Assembly (NCBI GenBank): GCA_002269645.1
Contig: NIVC01000074.1
Location: forward strand, 62,001 to 126,000
Direction of reading: 5' to 3'
DNA length: 64,000 nt
From: Macrostomum lignano
Taxonomy: Eukaryota
Below, piece by piece: positions 11,114-23,200 of this stretch. The position numbers and the translations under genes are program-made. Within the stretch, counting starts at the first letter, position 1. Each line of letters starts with the position of its first letter. Under the pieces are notes generated by a model. That model did no database searches, was not told the DNA's origin, and worked only from the letters and a program-made list of their open reading frames with translations.

Positions 11114-14100
11114 TCATTTTGTTAGCAATACGGACAGCAATGCTGTAATAAAATTAATAAATGGTGCAACCTTTAGCCTGGAAGAGTACGACTTCTCAGT
11201 AATATCACTTTTCCTATCAATACAGTCTGTAATGTTAGAATTGTCAACGTCATTGCGACTAGATCTAGCGGCATAAGACGTCCATATCCATCCGTAGTCC
11301 TTGCCAAAATCTGCTCGAGATTCCAAGAAATCAATGGCTCCAATGGCAACGCCTTGAGGCAAAGATTCGTCAATTTCCCGCTTGTACTGCTGTACAGCCA
11401 GTCGGATAACCGCAGAGCGGACGAACTTTGCTGGTTGCGCTGGCGTGGAAAATTGTTTACGAATTATGGATATTATGGATTTTATATTGATTGTATTTTC
11501 GGCAGTTCAGCTAAATAGCTAAGCAATGTGAGTGGCGATTTAGCAACGTGTGAAGAAACCACGAGAATGCAAAATTTCAGTCACCAGTAGTCGTGGCATT
11601 AGGGCGCATTCAGGAGCTCACATTTTTCTTTAACTGAGCTTTAGCACCGGGGGCTTTAGCACCGGGGGCTTTAGTACCGGGGGCTTTAGTACCGGGGCTT
11701 TAGCACCGGGGGCTTTAGCACCGGGGGCTTTAGCACCGGGGGCTTTAGCACCGGGGGCTTTAGCACCGGGGGCTTTAGCACCGGGGGCTTTAGCACCGGG
11801 GGCTTTAGCACCGGGGGCTTTAGCACCGGAGGCTTTAGAACCAAGGGCTTTAGCAGTTGCCACTGTATCTGTTTCACTACCTCAGCAAGTAAAAAGCAGA
11901 GCAGCACTAATCACTCACCTCGATCAAGCAGCAGTTTACGCTTCTGTACTTTTAATTTTCCCACCGAGCACAGGGTGCTGCTACCCGCCGGCACGCCAAT
12001 GTAGATCAGCAGCTGCAGACCGCCGCCAGCAACCTGGTTGATGGTGCCCTGCAAATAATTGACGTCTTCCGGGCCAACATAAGATGCAGAACCAACCTCG
12101 ACCGTGTAGCTCCTGCCTGAGCAGCACAACTCATAATTGTAATGGTTTCGGCAGAACTTTGTAACGGCTTCGGCAACCGCTGAGCGGAACTTTAGATTCC
12201 AAATCTCCATGTGGAACTGTAGGTTGAAAATGATATGGGCTTACAGGCTTTCAGTTCTGGATGCATGTAAGTAGTCAGTTCCAAAAAATATTATGTTTCA
12301 CTTAGGTATACTGGCGCCACACTGTTTATACTAGCGCCACACTGTTTATAATAGCGCCACACTGTTTATACTGGCGCCACACTGTTTATACTGGCTCCAC
12401 ACTGTTTATACTAGCGCCACACTGTTCATACTAGCGCCACACTGTTTATACTGGCGCCACACTGTTTATACTGGCGCCAAACTGTTTACACTGGCGCCAC
12501 ACTGTTTATACTGGCGCCACACTGTTTATACTGGCGCCAAACTGTTTATACTGGCGCCAAACTGTTTGTACTGGCGCCACACTGTTTACACTGGCGCCAC
12601 ACTGTTTATACTGGCGCCACACTGTTTACACTGGCGCCACACTGTTTATACTGGCGCCACACTGTTCATACTGGCGCCACACTGTTTATACTAGCGCCAC
12701 ACTGTTTATACTGGCTCCACACTGTTTATACTGGCGCCACACTGTTTATAATAGCGCCACACTGTTTATATTGGCGCCACACTGTTTATACTGGCGCCAC
12801 ACTGTTGATACTAGCGCCACACTGTTTATACTAGCGCCACACTGTTTATACTGGCGCCACACTGTTTACACTGGCGCCACAAAACTTACCTGAGCTTTAG
12901 CGATCGGTGGCAAGACAACCAGGGGCCCCGATCTGAACCAGGCCGCCGACACAAATGTCAGTTTCACACTATTAACATGCAGAATAGCCGAGATTTCGCA
13001 GTATTTACCAACAAATTCGAGCGGACATAAACAGCCGCAGTGCACTTTTGCCGGGAATACAAATGCCAAGTAGTTGACGCCACTGTTCAGACACTTGGAA
13101 GACTTCATTGACTCGCACTCTTTGCAGGCTTCGATGGACGAGCCCTCTGCGGGTTAGCGTAAATTCAGGCCTTAATAGCTACACAGTGCTCACACAGGGT
13201 GTACAGTGCTCACACAGGGTGTTCAGTGCTCACACAGGGTGTTCAGTGTTTAAACAGGGTGTACAGTGCTCACACAGGGTGTACAGTGCTCACACAGGGT
13301 GTGAAGTGCTCACACAGGGTGTAAAGTGCTCACACAGGGTGTTCAGTGTCTAAACAGGGTATACAGTGCTCACACAGGGTGTAAAGTGCCCACACAGGGT
13401 GTTCAGTGTCTAAACAGGGTATACAGTGCTCACACAGGGTGTACAGTGCTCACACAGGGTGTACAGTGCTCACACAGGGTGTTCAGTGCTCACACAGGGT
13501 GTACAGTGCTCACACAGGGTGTACAGCACTCGACCAGGATGTACAATAACCTAATGTAACGTGTACGCAAACCCTACTGTATTAAAATTTTCTGTTAATT
13601 TTCCATTTTTTATAATTCATAATTGCACTGCGTTGAACCACCTCTATCAATAACCAAGGCGCTAAAAAATTAGAAAACTTACTCTCGCAGTATTTTCCAC
13701 TGTTTGAAGGATGGCAAAGACACTCGCATTTGTGAACTGCAGTCGAAAAAGTACTGATAGAAGAACTCATCACGGTGGCTGAAAAATCTGTCCTTAATGC
13801 ACAATTCCTGCAATCGATTCTGCAAGCTGCAACAGGTTAATTACGAGTTATACATGTACATGTATTGCATGATGGGCGGAACGCACTGAGTGCAAGGTAG
13901 ATAAGGGAAATGACAGAAATGAGTGCCAGGTAGATAAGGGAAAGGACAGAACTGAGTGCCGGGTAGATAAGGGAAAGGACAGAACTGAGTGCCAGGTAGA
14001 TAAGGGAAAGGACAGAAATGAGTGCCAGGTAGATAAGGGAAAGGACAGAAATGAGTGCCAGGTAGATAAGGGAAAGGACAGAACTGAGTGCCAGGTAGAT

Positions 14101-16035
14101 AAGGGAAAGGACAGAACTGAGTGCCAGGTAGATAAGGGAAAGGACAGAAATGAGTGCCAGGTAGATAAGGGAATTGTCGGGCAGAATGAGTGAACTTCAG
14201 CAGGCAGCGGATCAAAGTCTGACATTTGTTCTGAACAGAGTCCAGCTCGTCGTGCTCTGGTCCTTTAGCCAAGTTGCCAGACGCACACAGACCGCCGAAA
14301 CAGGCTGAAAACTTCGCAGGACAGTCGGAGCAACTGCAGCCAAACTGGTTTTCGAATGCTCTGAAGAAATGTTACATTTTTCAATTTTAGATAAATAGCT
14401 GATGAGAAACTTAAAGTATATAAAAATATATGAGATACATACATGTACATGTATATACAGTGTGATTTATGCACACCCAGTGTGATTTACTGTATGCACA
14501 CCCAGTGTGATTTATGCACACCCAGTGTGATTTATGCACACCCAGTGTGATTTATGTACACCTTGTGTGATTTATGTACGCCCTGTGTGATTTATGTACG
14601 CCCGGTGTTATTAAGTACACCTTGTGTGATTTATGTACACACTGTGTGATTTATGCACACCCAGTGTGATTTATGTACACCCTGTGTGATTTATATGTAC
14701 ACCCAGTATGATTTATGTACACTCTGTGTGATTATGTACACCCTGTGTGATTTATGTACACCTAGTGTGATTTATGTACGCCCAGTGTGATTTATGTACA
14801 TCCAATGTGATTAATGTACACCCAGTGTGATTTATGTACATCCGATGTGATTAATGTATACCCAATGTGATTTATATACATCCAATGTGATTAATGTACA
14901 CCCAGTGTGATTTATGCACATCCAGTGTGATTTATGTACACCCAGAGTGATTTATGTACACCCAGTGTGATTTATGTACACCCAGTGTGATTTATGCACA
15001 CCCAGTGTGATTTATGAACACCCAGTGTGATTTATGTACGCCCTGTGCGATTTATGTACACCCAGTGTGATTATGTACACCCATTTGTGATAAATGTACC
15101 CCCATTTGATAACTGTACACCCATGTGAAAACTGAAGCCTGTGTAAGCTCTGCGGGTTAAGCCATAGGTGTTAAATTTCTTACATTCCTGCAGCCTTGCT
15201 GTAACCGCACACAACCATGCGAGTGCTATCTTTACAGTCGGTGAAACCGCAGCCAATGACACTCTGCGATTGTCGCATCATGTTAGAATAATTTCTGGTC
15301 GAACAACCTGGCTTTGGAATCCAGTTATCTTGCTGGCTAATGTTGAAGTGGCTCTTCTCCGCGTACCAGTGCAATATGACATTCTCTGGGCTGGCCGTAG
15401 CTTTTGATCCTTTGTACATGTTGAAGTCGTGTCCGTCAAGTTTGGGATAAAGTTTGCTGATATTAACACTGAGATTGCAGTGCTGGCTGATTTGGCTAGC
15501 AAAGTCCGCTATCGACTGGTTCCACTCCTGGGTTCAAGAGATCAAAGGTTCAAGAGTTCATGAGTTCAGAATTTCATGAGTTCGAGTTTGAGTTCAAGAT
15601 TTCACGAGTTCACGAGTTCAAGAGCTCAAGAGTTCACGAGTTCAAGAGTTCACGAGTTCAAGACTTCACGAGTTCAAGACTTCACGAGTTCACGAGTTCA
15701 TGAGTTCACGAGTTCAAGACTTCACGAGTTCAAGAGTTCAAGACTTCACGAGTTCAAGAGCTCATGGGTTTAGGAGTTCATGAGTTTTATGACACGAGTT
15801 TTATGACACGAGTGAGCAGGCTAGTGAGTAGCAGCTACTCAACTTCTCAAAGTTCAGCCAGCCAACTCACCAAAAGCAGCATGGCTCTGGCAGTAGGAAA
15901 AATCGCCTGTCTCAGCCGATTGTGAGTCACCACAAATGCTAACTTGTCTTTCTCAGAGATAGAGGCTAGAACCGGACTCAAACAGCAATTAAACACTGTC
16001 AAAAGGCAGCAAAAGATGTGTGCCTGATGCTGCAT
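11114..16035 (-). CDS. CAP-B: complete 7-exon CAP/SCP + hinge + 2 EGF-like + conserved unknown domain + GPI-type tail; exons 16035-15871, 15527-15184, 14360-14224, 13826-13683, 13146-12890, 12216-11919, 11439-11114
   Basis: Signal peptide MQHQAHIFCCLLTVFNCCLSPVLA; HNRLRQAIFPTARAMLLL|EWNQSIADFA; HWYAE; IGCGFTDC..MVVCGY; CSDCPAKFSACFGGLC; CECLCHPSNSGKYCE; CLNSG..CGCLCPLEFVGKYCE; FHMEIW..KFCRNHYNYELCC; C-terminus KVAPFINFITALLSVLLTK*. All six introns GT-AG, phases 0,2,1,1,0,1, frame continuous to stop. Confidence 0.88.
11638..11852. repeat. 15-bp minisatellite TTTAGCACCGGGGGC (CAP-B intron 6)
   Basis: About 14 copies. Confidence 0.95.
12308..12880. repeat. 20-bp minisatellite CTGGCGCCACACTGTTTATA (CAP-B intron 5)
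   Basis: About 28 copies, starting 9 nt from the exon 5 donor. Confidence 0.97.
13180..13530. repeat. 20-bp minisatellite ACAGTGCTCACACAGGGTGT (CAP-B intron 4)
   Basis: About 17 copies. Confidence 0.95.
13885..14175. repeat. 33-bp minisatellite GAGTGCCAGGTAGATAAGGGAAAGGACAGAAAT (CAP-B intron 3)
   Basis: About 9 copies. Confidence 0.95.
14458..15085. repeat. 20-bp minisatellite CACCCAGTGTGATTTATGTA (CAP-B intron 2)
   Basis: About 30 diverged copies. Confidence 0.95.
15531..15790. repeat. 8-bp-based repeat GAGTTCAC/GAGTTCAA (CAP-B intron 1)
   Basis: Directly visible; abuts the exon 2 acceptor. Confidence 0.9.
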
Positions 16036-16178
16036 TTATTGTCTGTTGAATCATTGAACGAAACTATTTTCTTTACGGTTGACCAGAGAATATCGAGCGC
16101 TCGATATTCCCTGCGGTTGACTTAAGCAACACCCAAATTGAACTATTGCAGTTCGTTTAAAATCTAAATCTATAATTC

Positions 16179-16600
16179 TGTCTATGGCCAAAACTCCGCT
16201 GACTGATGAGATCTACAGTATATGGCTAAACCAAGCTTATTTGCTGATTCAGATTCCAACACAGATCGTTGAACAACTTCTTATATAGAATCCCTAATTT
16301 TCTAGACCAAGGGAAACCAGGGAAGCCTCCCTGGCTTCCCTGGGAAAACATATCAAAAGATGAATATATACTTAGCCTAGGCGTGTTGAAACGGGGTGAA
16401 ACACACGGCATCCTACCCGCTGCAATAATCTATGGCCGACTTCAATAAGTAAAAAACCTCGTATGTATATAAGTATCTAGTTAATGTTTCTTCCACTTGT
16501 AGATTTCGGAAGTAAAGCTTTGTACTGCTAAATACATGTAATGCTTAGTATCAGTTACTATTTTTTCAATTCGCAAAATAAGGAGTTTTGGTCATAGACA
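16179..16600. mobile_element. MITE-like element with ~19-bp terminal inverted repeats, within a cluster of CCATAGAC-containing repeats extending to ~17050
   Basis: TGTCTATGGCCAAAACTCC (16179) versus GGAGTTTTGGTCATAGACA (16582-16600), 1 mismatch; further CCATAGAC motifs near 16730, 16790, 16970 and 17045; no clear TSD. Confidence 0.45.
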
Positions 16601-18135
16601 ATTTTTTTAGATTTCGTTCTTTCTTTCTTTGTCTAGAGTGCTGCAGGTGTGCAAATGTGGGGGCTCCGGCCTCAAACCCCCGCAAGGGGGCTCAGCGCCC
16701 TCTTGACCCCGCTTTCTTTTGACTTTGCCATAGACATTTTCAGCGGGCTATGAAACCAACTGAATGCATTGGAGTAAATGGGATTTTACCATAGACAGTC
16801 TCTATACTATAGACAAACACATAGCTCGTTTCTGCCCTTTGCAGCCCATCAATATTGGTATATTCAGTTTGCCTTTCTGCTTCCTTCCTTTTAGGCTTTG
16901 TCTATGTGACAATGGCGCCCGAGTGATTTCCCATTATCGCCCGCAAAGCCTGGGTAATACTGTGATTGTACCATAGACTATGTGGCTGAGCTGCATTGAT
17001 GAATATGGGCATGGGGGTGTGGGGGCGAAGCCCCACATTTCAACCATAGACATAATATGATTTAGTGAGAAACTATACAGTTCAATTAAAAGAGAAAGAA
17101 TAAAGAAGCGAAGAGAAGCTAAAAAAGAGAGAAAGAAGCGAGACTGCTGCCGTCATATTCAAGATCGACCATGCTCTCGCGGGACTATACACTAACCATT
17201 CGATCCGCGCAACAAAACAACCATTACAAGCCTGGCGTCTGATGGATTCAGTGCCGAAGCGATTCAAACCGTCTCCAGACACAAAAAGGTGGATAGTGTT
17301 GTCCGTTATACAAAGCGGACAACGGTGGCCCAGAAGCGAGCATTGTCTTCTGCTATCACAGATAGTCTACATGCCTCTACGTCGAGCGTGGTCAGTCATC
17401 AAGCACAAGAGTCAGTTGCACTGTGCGAGAACGGTCATCTTGCGTTCCAACTGCCGTCACAACTATTGGCCAGCCTGATAAATCCGGCCCGACGATCGTC
17501 TTGGAGAAAAACGGTTCTAAATGTTACGTTTTATATGTGAGTGCGAAAAGGACGCTTTGCAAAAGTTGAGTTCGGCTTTGGACTCTGACTGCTTTGTTTG
17601 ATTTGTTTTTTTTTGTTTTTTGTTTATTTGGTTGAAATACATGAAATGGAAATAATCCATTATCGGCCCGACTTTTCGGGCCAAAATGAAATCGTCTTTG
17701 GCAATAATTGAATACCAGCCCGCCCGATAGCCACGTAGTCATGGTACAAAAGTTTTTGTGCTGAAAAAATAATAACCTATTTCCGTAATCATTTTTACGG
17801 AGGCAGGTAAAAACTGGCTCGTTAAATTTTCGAAGAAAGTAAGTTTCCCGTCCTTATTACTTGGTAACTGAATGTACAATGTATCCAAGTGAATGCAAGA
17901 CGTAACTTGGCCTAGGGCCCTGTCTAGCTCAGCCAATAAGAGGGCAGCCAGGATCAGGTCAAAGTCAGACGGACGAAACTCAGATTAGCCTAGGGGCAGG
18001 CCCAATCTAGCTCAGCCAATGAGAGAACAGTAAGGAGAGGGATCAAAGTCAGACACAAGCGTGCCAGAGGAAAGCCAAACTAGATAAATAAAGGTAAATA
18101 TCAACATGAAGTTAGTTATTTATTTATTTGAGTTG

Positions 18136-18174
18136 CCGATGCATTTCGTCCATTGCATTAGGACATCGTCAGGG
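18136..18174 (-). ncRNA. Minimal type I hammerhead ribozyme motif (PLE pLTR copy 1)
   Basis: Minus strand reads CC-CUGACGA-U-GUCC-uaaugcaau-GGAC-GAA-AUGCAU-C-GG: catalytic core, 4-bp stem II, palindromic stem III, AUC cleavage triplet. Confidence 0.75.
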
Positions 18175-18362
18175 TCTTTTTATTTAAGAAACAATTTGAA
18201 CGAATATTCAGTATATATAGATAGTTGAGAGTAACAAGAGTAGTTGAATTGAGTTTTTAATTGATGGTTTAAAACTTGTACATAGTAATCAATTTTTTGA
18301 TGCAGTATTGGTTGGGTAAAGTGCATATCAGTTTCAAGCCAGTCCGGTCATTGACAAATCAG

Positions 18363-18737
18363 CTAAAAAATTCTGAGTTGACGGCTAGCCCCACCCATCG
18401 CAAGTTGGTTATTTAACGTGGGCTGTTTGGTCTTAATGTACAGGGCTTCTAATAGGCAGAGCATGTGATCTCTATTACAAAAATCAATAGCCTTTATCAT
18501 TTCGTGCGGTTCAGCCTCACAACAGGAATTGCAGGTTAGCAGGTGTTCGTTAATAGCAGAGTTTTTTAGCCAGTGCTCTCTGACCCTCGTGTATAAGTGT
18601 CGTTTAGTTTTTCCTATGTAGGAGATGCTCTGGTCCTCAGAGCAAACAAATTTATACTCGACACCAGCCGCGAGAGGACGTGGAACAATGGATTTCAACT
18701 TGCAGACAAACTTAGCAATCTTTTCGGTGCGAAACAA
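18363..18737 (-). pseudogene. GIY-YIG endonuclease fragment of a Penelope-like element (RT domain missing)
   Basis: GIY-YIG motifs as above; upstream sequence replaced by the inverted pLTR. Confidence 0.85.
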
Positions 18738-18865
18738 AACACGGATTTGAGTGTTTAAGTCTTTACGTAGTTTTTAAACCATCAATTAAAAACTCGATTC
18801 AACTACTCTTGTTACTCTCAACTACCTATATATACTGAATATTCGTTCAAATTGTTTCTTAAATA

Positions 18866-19525
18866 CACTCAGCAACATTTAAAACGCAACACTCTAACTA
18901 GAAGAAAAATCAACTCACTCAGAAGAGTCAAAGCGCATAGTCTATGGTTCAAATCGAGCTTCAGAAACGCGTGTAGCCTCCTCTCGCAAGTAACAGGGCG
19001 TTGACTCGACGTGGCATTCCCAGAACAAGGCGTCGAAAAAAGTCCTGGGGAATTTCCTGCCACGCGTTAGCAACAGCATTTCGCAGTTCAGCGACTGTCT
19101 GCGGCGGATTCTGCCGTTGAACACTCCGCTTGATAAAGTCCCAGACATGTTCAATTGGGTTCATATGGTGAAGCACCGTACCTTTTCTCGCGTGAGCCAC
19201 GCTTCCAGTGGCTCTGCTCTTCTGTAGCAGACGTAAAACTGTTGAAGGCGACCTCCCGAAGTGGTTCGCAACTGTTCGAAGAGTACAACCTGCTTCCAAC
19301 ATTCCGACTGCTCGCCATCTTTCCGCGTCTGTCATCTGTTGAACCATTCTCTCAGCTGGATCACTCTATCTGAAAACAGTCCATAGTCATCGCCCTGTTC
19401 CTTGCGAGAGGAAGCTACACGCGTTTCTGAAGCTCGATTTGAACCATAGACTATGCGCTTTGACTCTTCTGAGTGAGTTGATTTTTCTTCTAGTTAGAGT
19501 GTTGCGTTTTAAATGTTGCTGAGTG
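18866..19525 (-). mobile_element. Non-autonomous Tc1-family DNA transposon (660 bp, internal deletion derivative) nested in the PLE
   Basis: About 140-bp TIRs starting CACTCAGCAAC. TA duplication at 18864-18865 and 19526-19527; removing the element restores CTTAAATAAAAAGACCC as in the uninterrupted pLTR. ORF 19347-18961 has the Tc1 N-terminal HTH and the C-terminal MNPIEHVW..LVLGMPRRVNALLLARGGYT motif. Confidence 0.92.
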
Positions 19526-19533
19526 TAAAAAGA

Positions 19534-19572
19534 CCCTGACGATGTCCTAATGCAATGGACGAAATGCATCGG
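19534..19572 (+). ncRNA. Minimal type I hammerhead ribozyme motif (PLE pLTR copy 2, inverted)
   Basis: CCCTGACGATGTCCTAATGCAATGGACGAAATGCATCGG, identical to copy 1 on the opposite strand. Confidence 0.75.
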
Positions 19573-20241
19573 CAACTCAAATAAATAAATAACTAACTTC
19601 ATGTTGATATTTACCTTTATTTATCTACTCTTCATCAAGCGAGCCACTTTACCTGAAAGCCAAACTGTTTATAGGCCTGGCTGCGGCTGAAGCATCGATC
19701 ATCCTTGTTCTCTCTTGCACTCTTGAGAGATTTAGGGTGTTGATCGATCGACAATTTTTCCCCTCATCCAAAGAGCGGTCTGCTTAGCAATTAAATGTTG
19801 TTTAAGACAGTCGAGGAAAATAGAGAAAATAATATACACGGAATTTTTCGCAGTATTGCCTTTGTGGTACAACAATAAATATTCCTGGCCAAAAATTATA
19901 AATAAATAATGCTAAGCGCACGACGCTGTTGTGCATCCAGATGTATAAAGGTAAGTGGATAATTGTTGAAGTAAAGAACATCTAGGTCATCGCATACAAT
20001 ATCCAAGGTTCGGACTACCGAGCGTGTTTGTCGTGCCTAGTTGTCTGCCTATCTGCCTATCTAAAAATCTATACTTTAACTACGTGTTAACTAGCATTAA
20101 GCTATTCTATAGTACTGTCTATGTGTCTTATCTTTCGATTTCAACACAAAAAGTGCATAGATTCCAGGAATGGCTTGTCTTAGTGAATGTTTTAAGCTTG
20201 GTTTCCATTTAAATCGAGCTAATATAGTGTCTAATTAAGAT

Positions 20242-23200
20242 ATGCTCACCAAGATTATGAAGAACCTGTTTAGCATAGGAATCCTACTGTCGATTTTGAC
20301 CGTTGAGTTTATCGATGCCATTTTAGATCGTCAACAGCAGCTAAGCTTTCTGAATGAGCACAACCGATTCCGAGAATTGGCATATCCGACTGCATCAAGG
20401 ATGCTCTATTTGGTCAGTATTTTAGACGCTACGTGTCTAATCAGTGCTTATTTTATCAGATCATGATAGAATCAGTGCTTGTATCAGTGTCTAATCAGTG
20501 CTTGGATCAGTGTCTAATCAGTGCTTGGATCAGTGTCTAATCAGTGCTTGGATCAGTGTCTAATCAGTGCTTGGATCAGTGTCTCATCAGTGCTTGGATC
20601 AGTGTCTAATCAGTGCTTGTATCAGTGTCTAATCAGTGCTTGGATCAGTGTCTCATCAGTGCTTGGATCAGTGTCTAATAAGTGCTTGGACCAGTGTCTA
20701 ATCAGTGCTTGGATCAGTGTCTCATCAGTGCTTGGATCAGTGTCTAATCAGTGCTTGGACCAGTGTCTAATCAGTGCTTCGACCAGTGTCTAATCAGTGC
20801 TTGGACCAGTGTCTAATCAGTGCTTGGATCAGTGTCTAATCAGTGCTTGTATCAGTGTCTAATCAGTGCTTGGATCAGTGTCTAATCAGTGCTTGTATCA
20901 GTGTCTAATCAGTGCTTGGATCAGTGTCTCATCAGTGCTTGTATCAGTGTCTCATCAGTGCTTGGATCAGTGTCTAATCAGTGCTTGTATCAGTGTCTAA
21001 TCAGTGCTTGGATCAGTGTCTAATCAGTGCTTGGATCAGTGTCTAATCAGTGCTTGGATCAGTGTCTAATCAGTGCTTGGATCAGTGTCTAATCAGTGCT
21101 TGGATCAGTGTCTCATCAGTGCTTGGACCAGTGTCTAATCAGTGCTTGGATCAGTGTCTAATCAGTGCTTGGACCAGTGTCTAATCAGTGCTTGGATCAG
21201 TGTCTAATCAGTGCTTGGATCAGTGTCTAATCAGTGCTTGGATCAGTGTCTAATCAGTGCTTGGACCAGTGTCTAATCAGTGCTTGGATCAGTGTCTCAT
21301 CAGTGCTTGGATCAGTGTCTAATCAGTGCTTGGATCAGTGTCTAATCAGTGCTTGGATCAGTGTCTAATCAGTGCTTGGACCAGTGTCTAATCAGTGCTT
21401 GGATCAGTGTCTAATCAGTGCTTGGATCAGTGACTCATCAGTGCTTGGATCAGTGTCTAATCAGTGCTTGGATCAGTGTCTAATCAGTGCTTGGACCAGT
21501 GTCTAATCAGTGCTTGGATCAGTGTCTCATCAGTGCTTGGACCAGTGTCTAATCAGTGCTTGGATCAGTGTCTAATCAGTGCTTGGATCAGTGTCTCATC
21601 AGTGCTTGGATCAGTGTCTAATCAGTGCTTATTTTATCAGATCATGATATAATCAGTGCTTGGATCAGTGTCTAATCAGTGCTTGGATCAGTGTCTAATC
21701 AGTGCTTGGATCAGTGTCTAATCAGTGCTTGGATCAGTGTCTAATCAGTGCTTGGATCAGTGTCTAATCAGTGCTTGGATCAGTGTCTAATCAGTGCTTG
21801 GATCAGTGTCTAATCAGTGCTTGGATCAGTGTCTAATCAGTGCTTGGATCAGTGTCTAATAAGTGGTGGGATCAGTGTCTCATCAGTGCTTGGATCAGTG
21901 TCTAATCAGTGCTTGTATCAGTGTCTAATCAGTGCTTGGATCAGTGTCTAATCAGTGCTTGGATCAGTGTCTAATAAGTGCTTGGATCAGTGTCTCATCA
22001 GTGCTTGGATCAGTGTCTAATCAGTGCTTGGACCAGTGTCTAATCAGTGCTTGGACCAGTGTCTCATCAGTGCTTGGATCAGTGTCTAATCAGTGCTTGA
22101 ACCGGTGTCTAATCAGTGCTTGGACCAGTTTCTAATCAGTGCTTGGATCAGTGTCTAATCAGTGCTTGGATAAGTGTCTAATCAGTGCTTGGATCAGTGT
22201 CTCATCAGTGCTTGGACCAGTGTCTAATCAGTGCTTGGATCAGTGTCTAATCAGTGCTTGGACCAGTGTCTAATCAGTGCTTGGACCAGTGTCTAATCAG
22301 TGCTTGGATCAGTGTCTAATCAGTGCTTGAACCAGTGTCTAATCAGTGCTTGGATCAGTGTCTAATCAGTGCTTGGACCAGTGTCTAATCAGTGCTTGGA
22401 TCAGTGTCTAATCAGTGCTTGGATCAGTGTCTAATCAGTGCTTGGATCAGTGTCTAATCAGTGCTTGGATCAGTGTCTAATCAGTGCTTGGACCAGTGTC
22501 TAATCAGTGCTTGGATCAGTGTCTCATCAGTGCTTGGATCAGTGTCTAATCAGTGCTTGGATCAGTGTCTAATCAGTGCTTGGACCAGTGTCTAATCAGT
22601 GCTTGGACCAGTGTCTAATCAGTGCTTGGATCAGTGTCTAATCAGTGCTTGGACCAGTGTCTAATCAGTGCTTGGATCAGTGTCTAATCAGTGCTTGGAC
22701 CAGTGTCTAATCAGTGCTTGGATCAGTGTCTAATCAGTGCTTGGATCAGTGTCTAATCAGTGCTTGGATTAGTGTCTCATCAGTGCTTGGATCAGTGTCT
22801 AATCAGTGCTTGTATCAGTGTCTAATCAGTGCTTGGATCAGTGTCTAATCAGTGCTTGTATCAGTGTCTAATCAGTGCTTGGATCAGTGTCTCATCAGTG
22901 CTTGTATCAGTGTCTCATCAGTGCTTGGATCAGTGTCTAATCAGTGCTTGTATCAGTGTCTAATCAGTGCTTGGATCAGTGTCTAATCAGTGCTTGGATC
23001 AGTGTCTAATCAGTGCTTGGATCAGTGTCTAATCAGTGCTTGGATCAGTGTCTCATCAGTGCTTGGACCAGTGTCTAATCAGTGCTTGGATCAGTGTCTA
23101 ATCAGTGCTTGTACCAGTGTCTAATCAGTGCTTGGATCAGTGTCTAATCAGTGCTTGGATCAGTGTCTAATCAGTGCTTGGACCAGTTTCTAATCAGTGC

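Larger units (their letters stand above)
18081..19627 (-). mobile_element. 5'-truncated Penelope-like retroelement (PLE): GIY-YIG endonuclease end plus pseudo-LTR, with a second inverted pseudo-LTR; interrupted by a Tc1 element
   Basis: ORF 18737-18363 GVEYKFVC..SYIGKTKRHLYTRVREH..SAINEH..LEALYIK..PTLN is the PLE GIY-YIG signature. 18081-~18274 is the reverse complement of 18772-18865 plus 19526-19627. Possible TSD GAAAGCCAAAC at 18070-18080 and ~19657. Confidence 0.88.

Noticed and set aside
11630-11907. AKAPG / VLKPP repeat proteins
   Set aside because: 15-bp intronic repeat between validated splice sites of CAP-B
17082-17760. Short ORFs and GC-richer patch upstream of the PLE
   Set aside because: No recognisable motif, splice pattern or termini; probably a transposon fragment but not supportable
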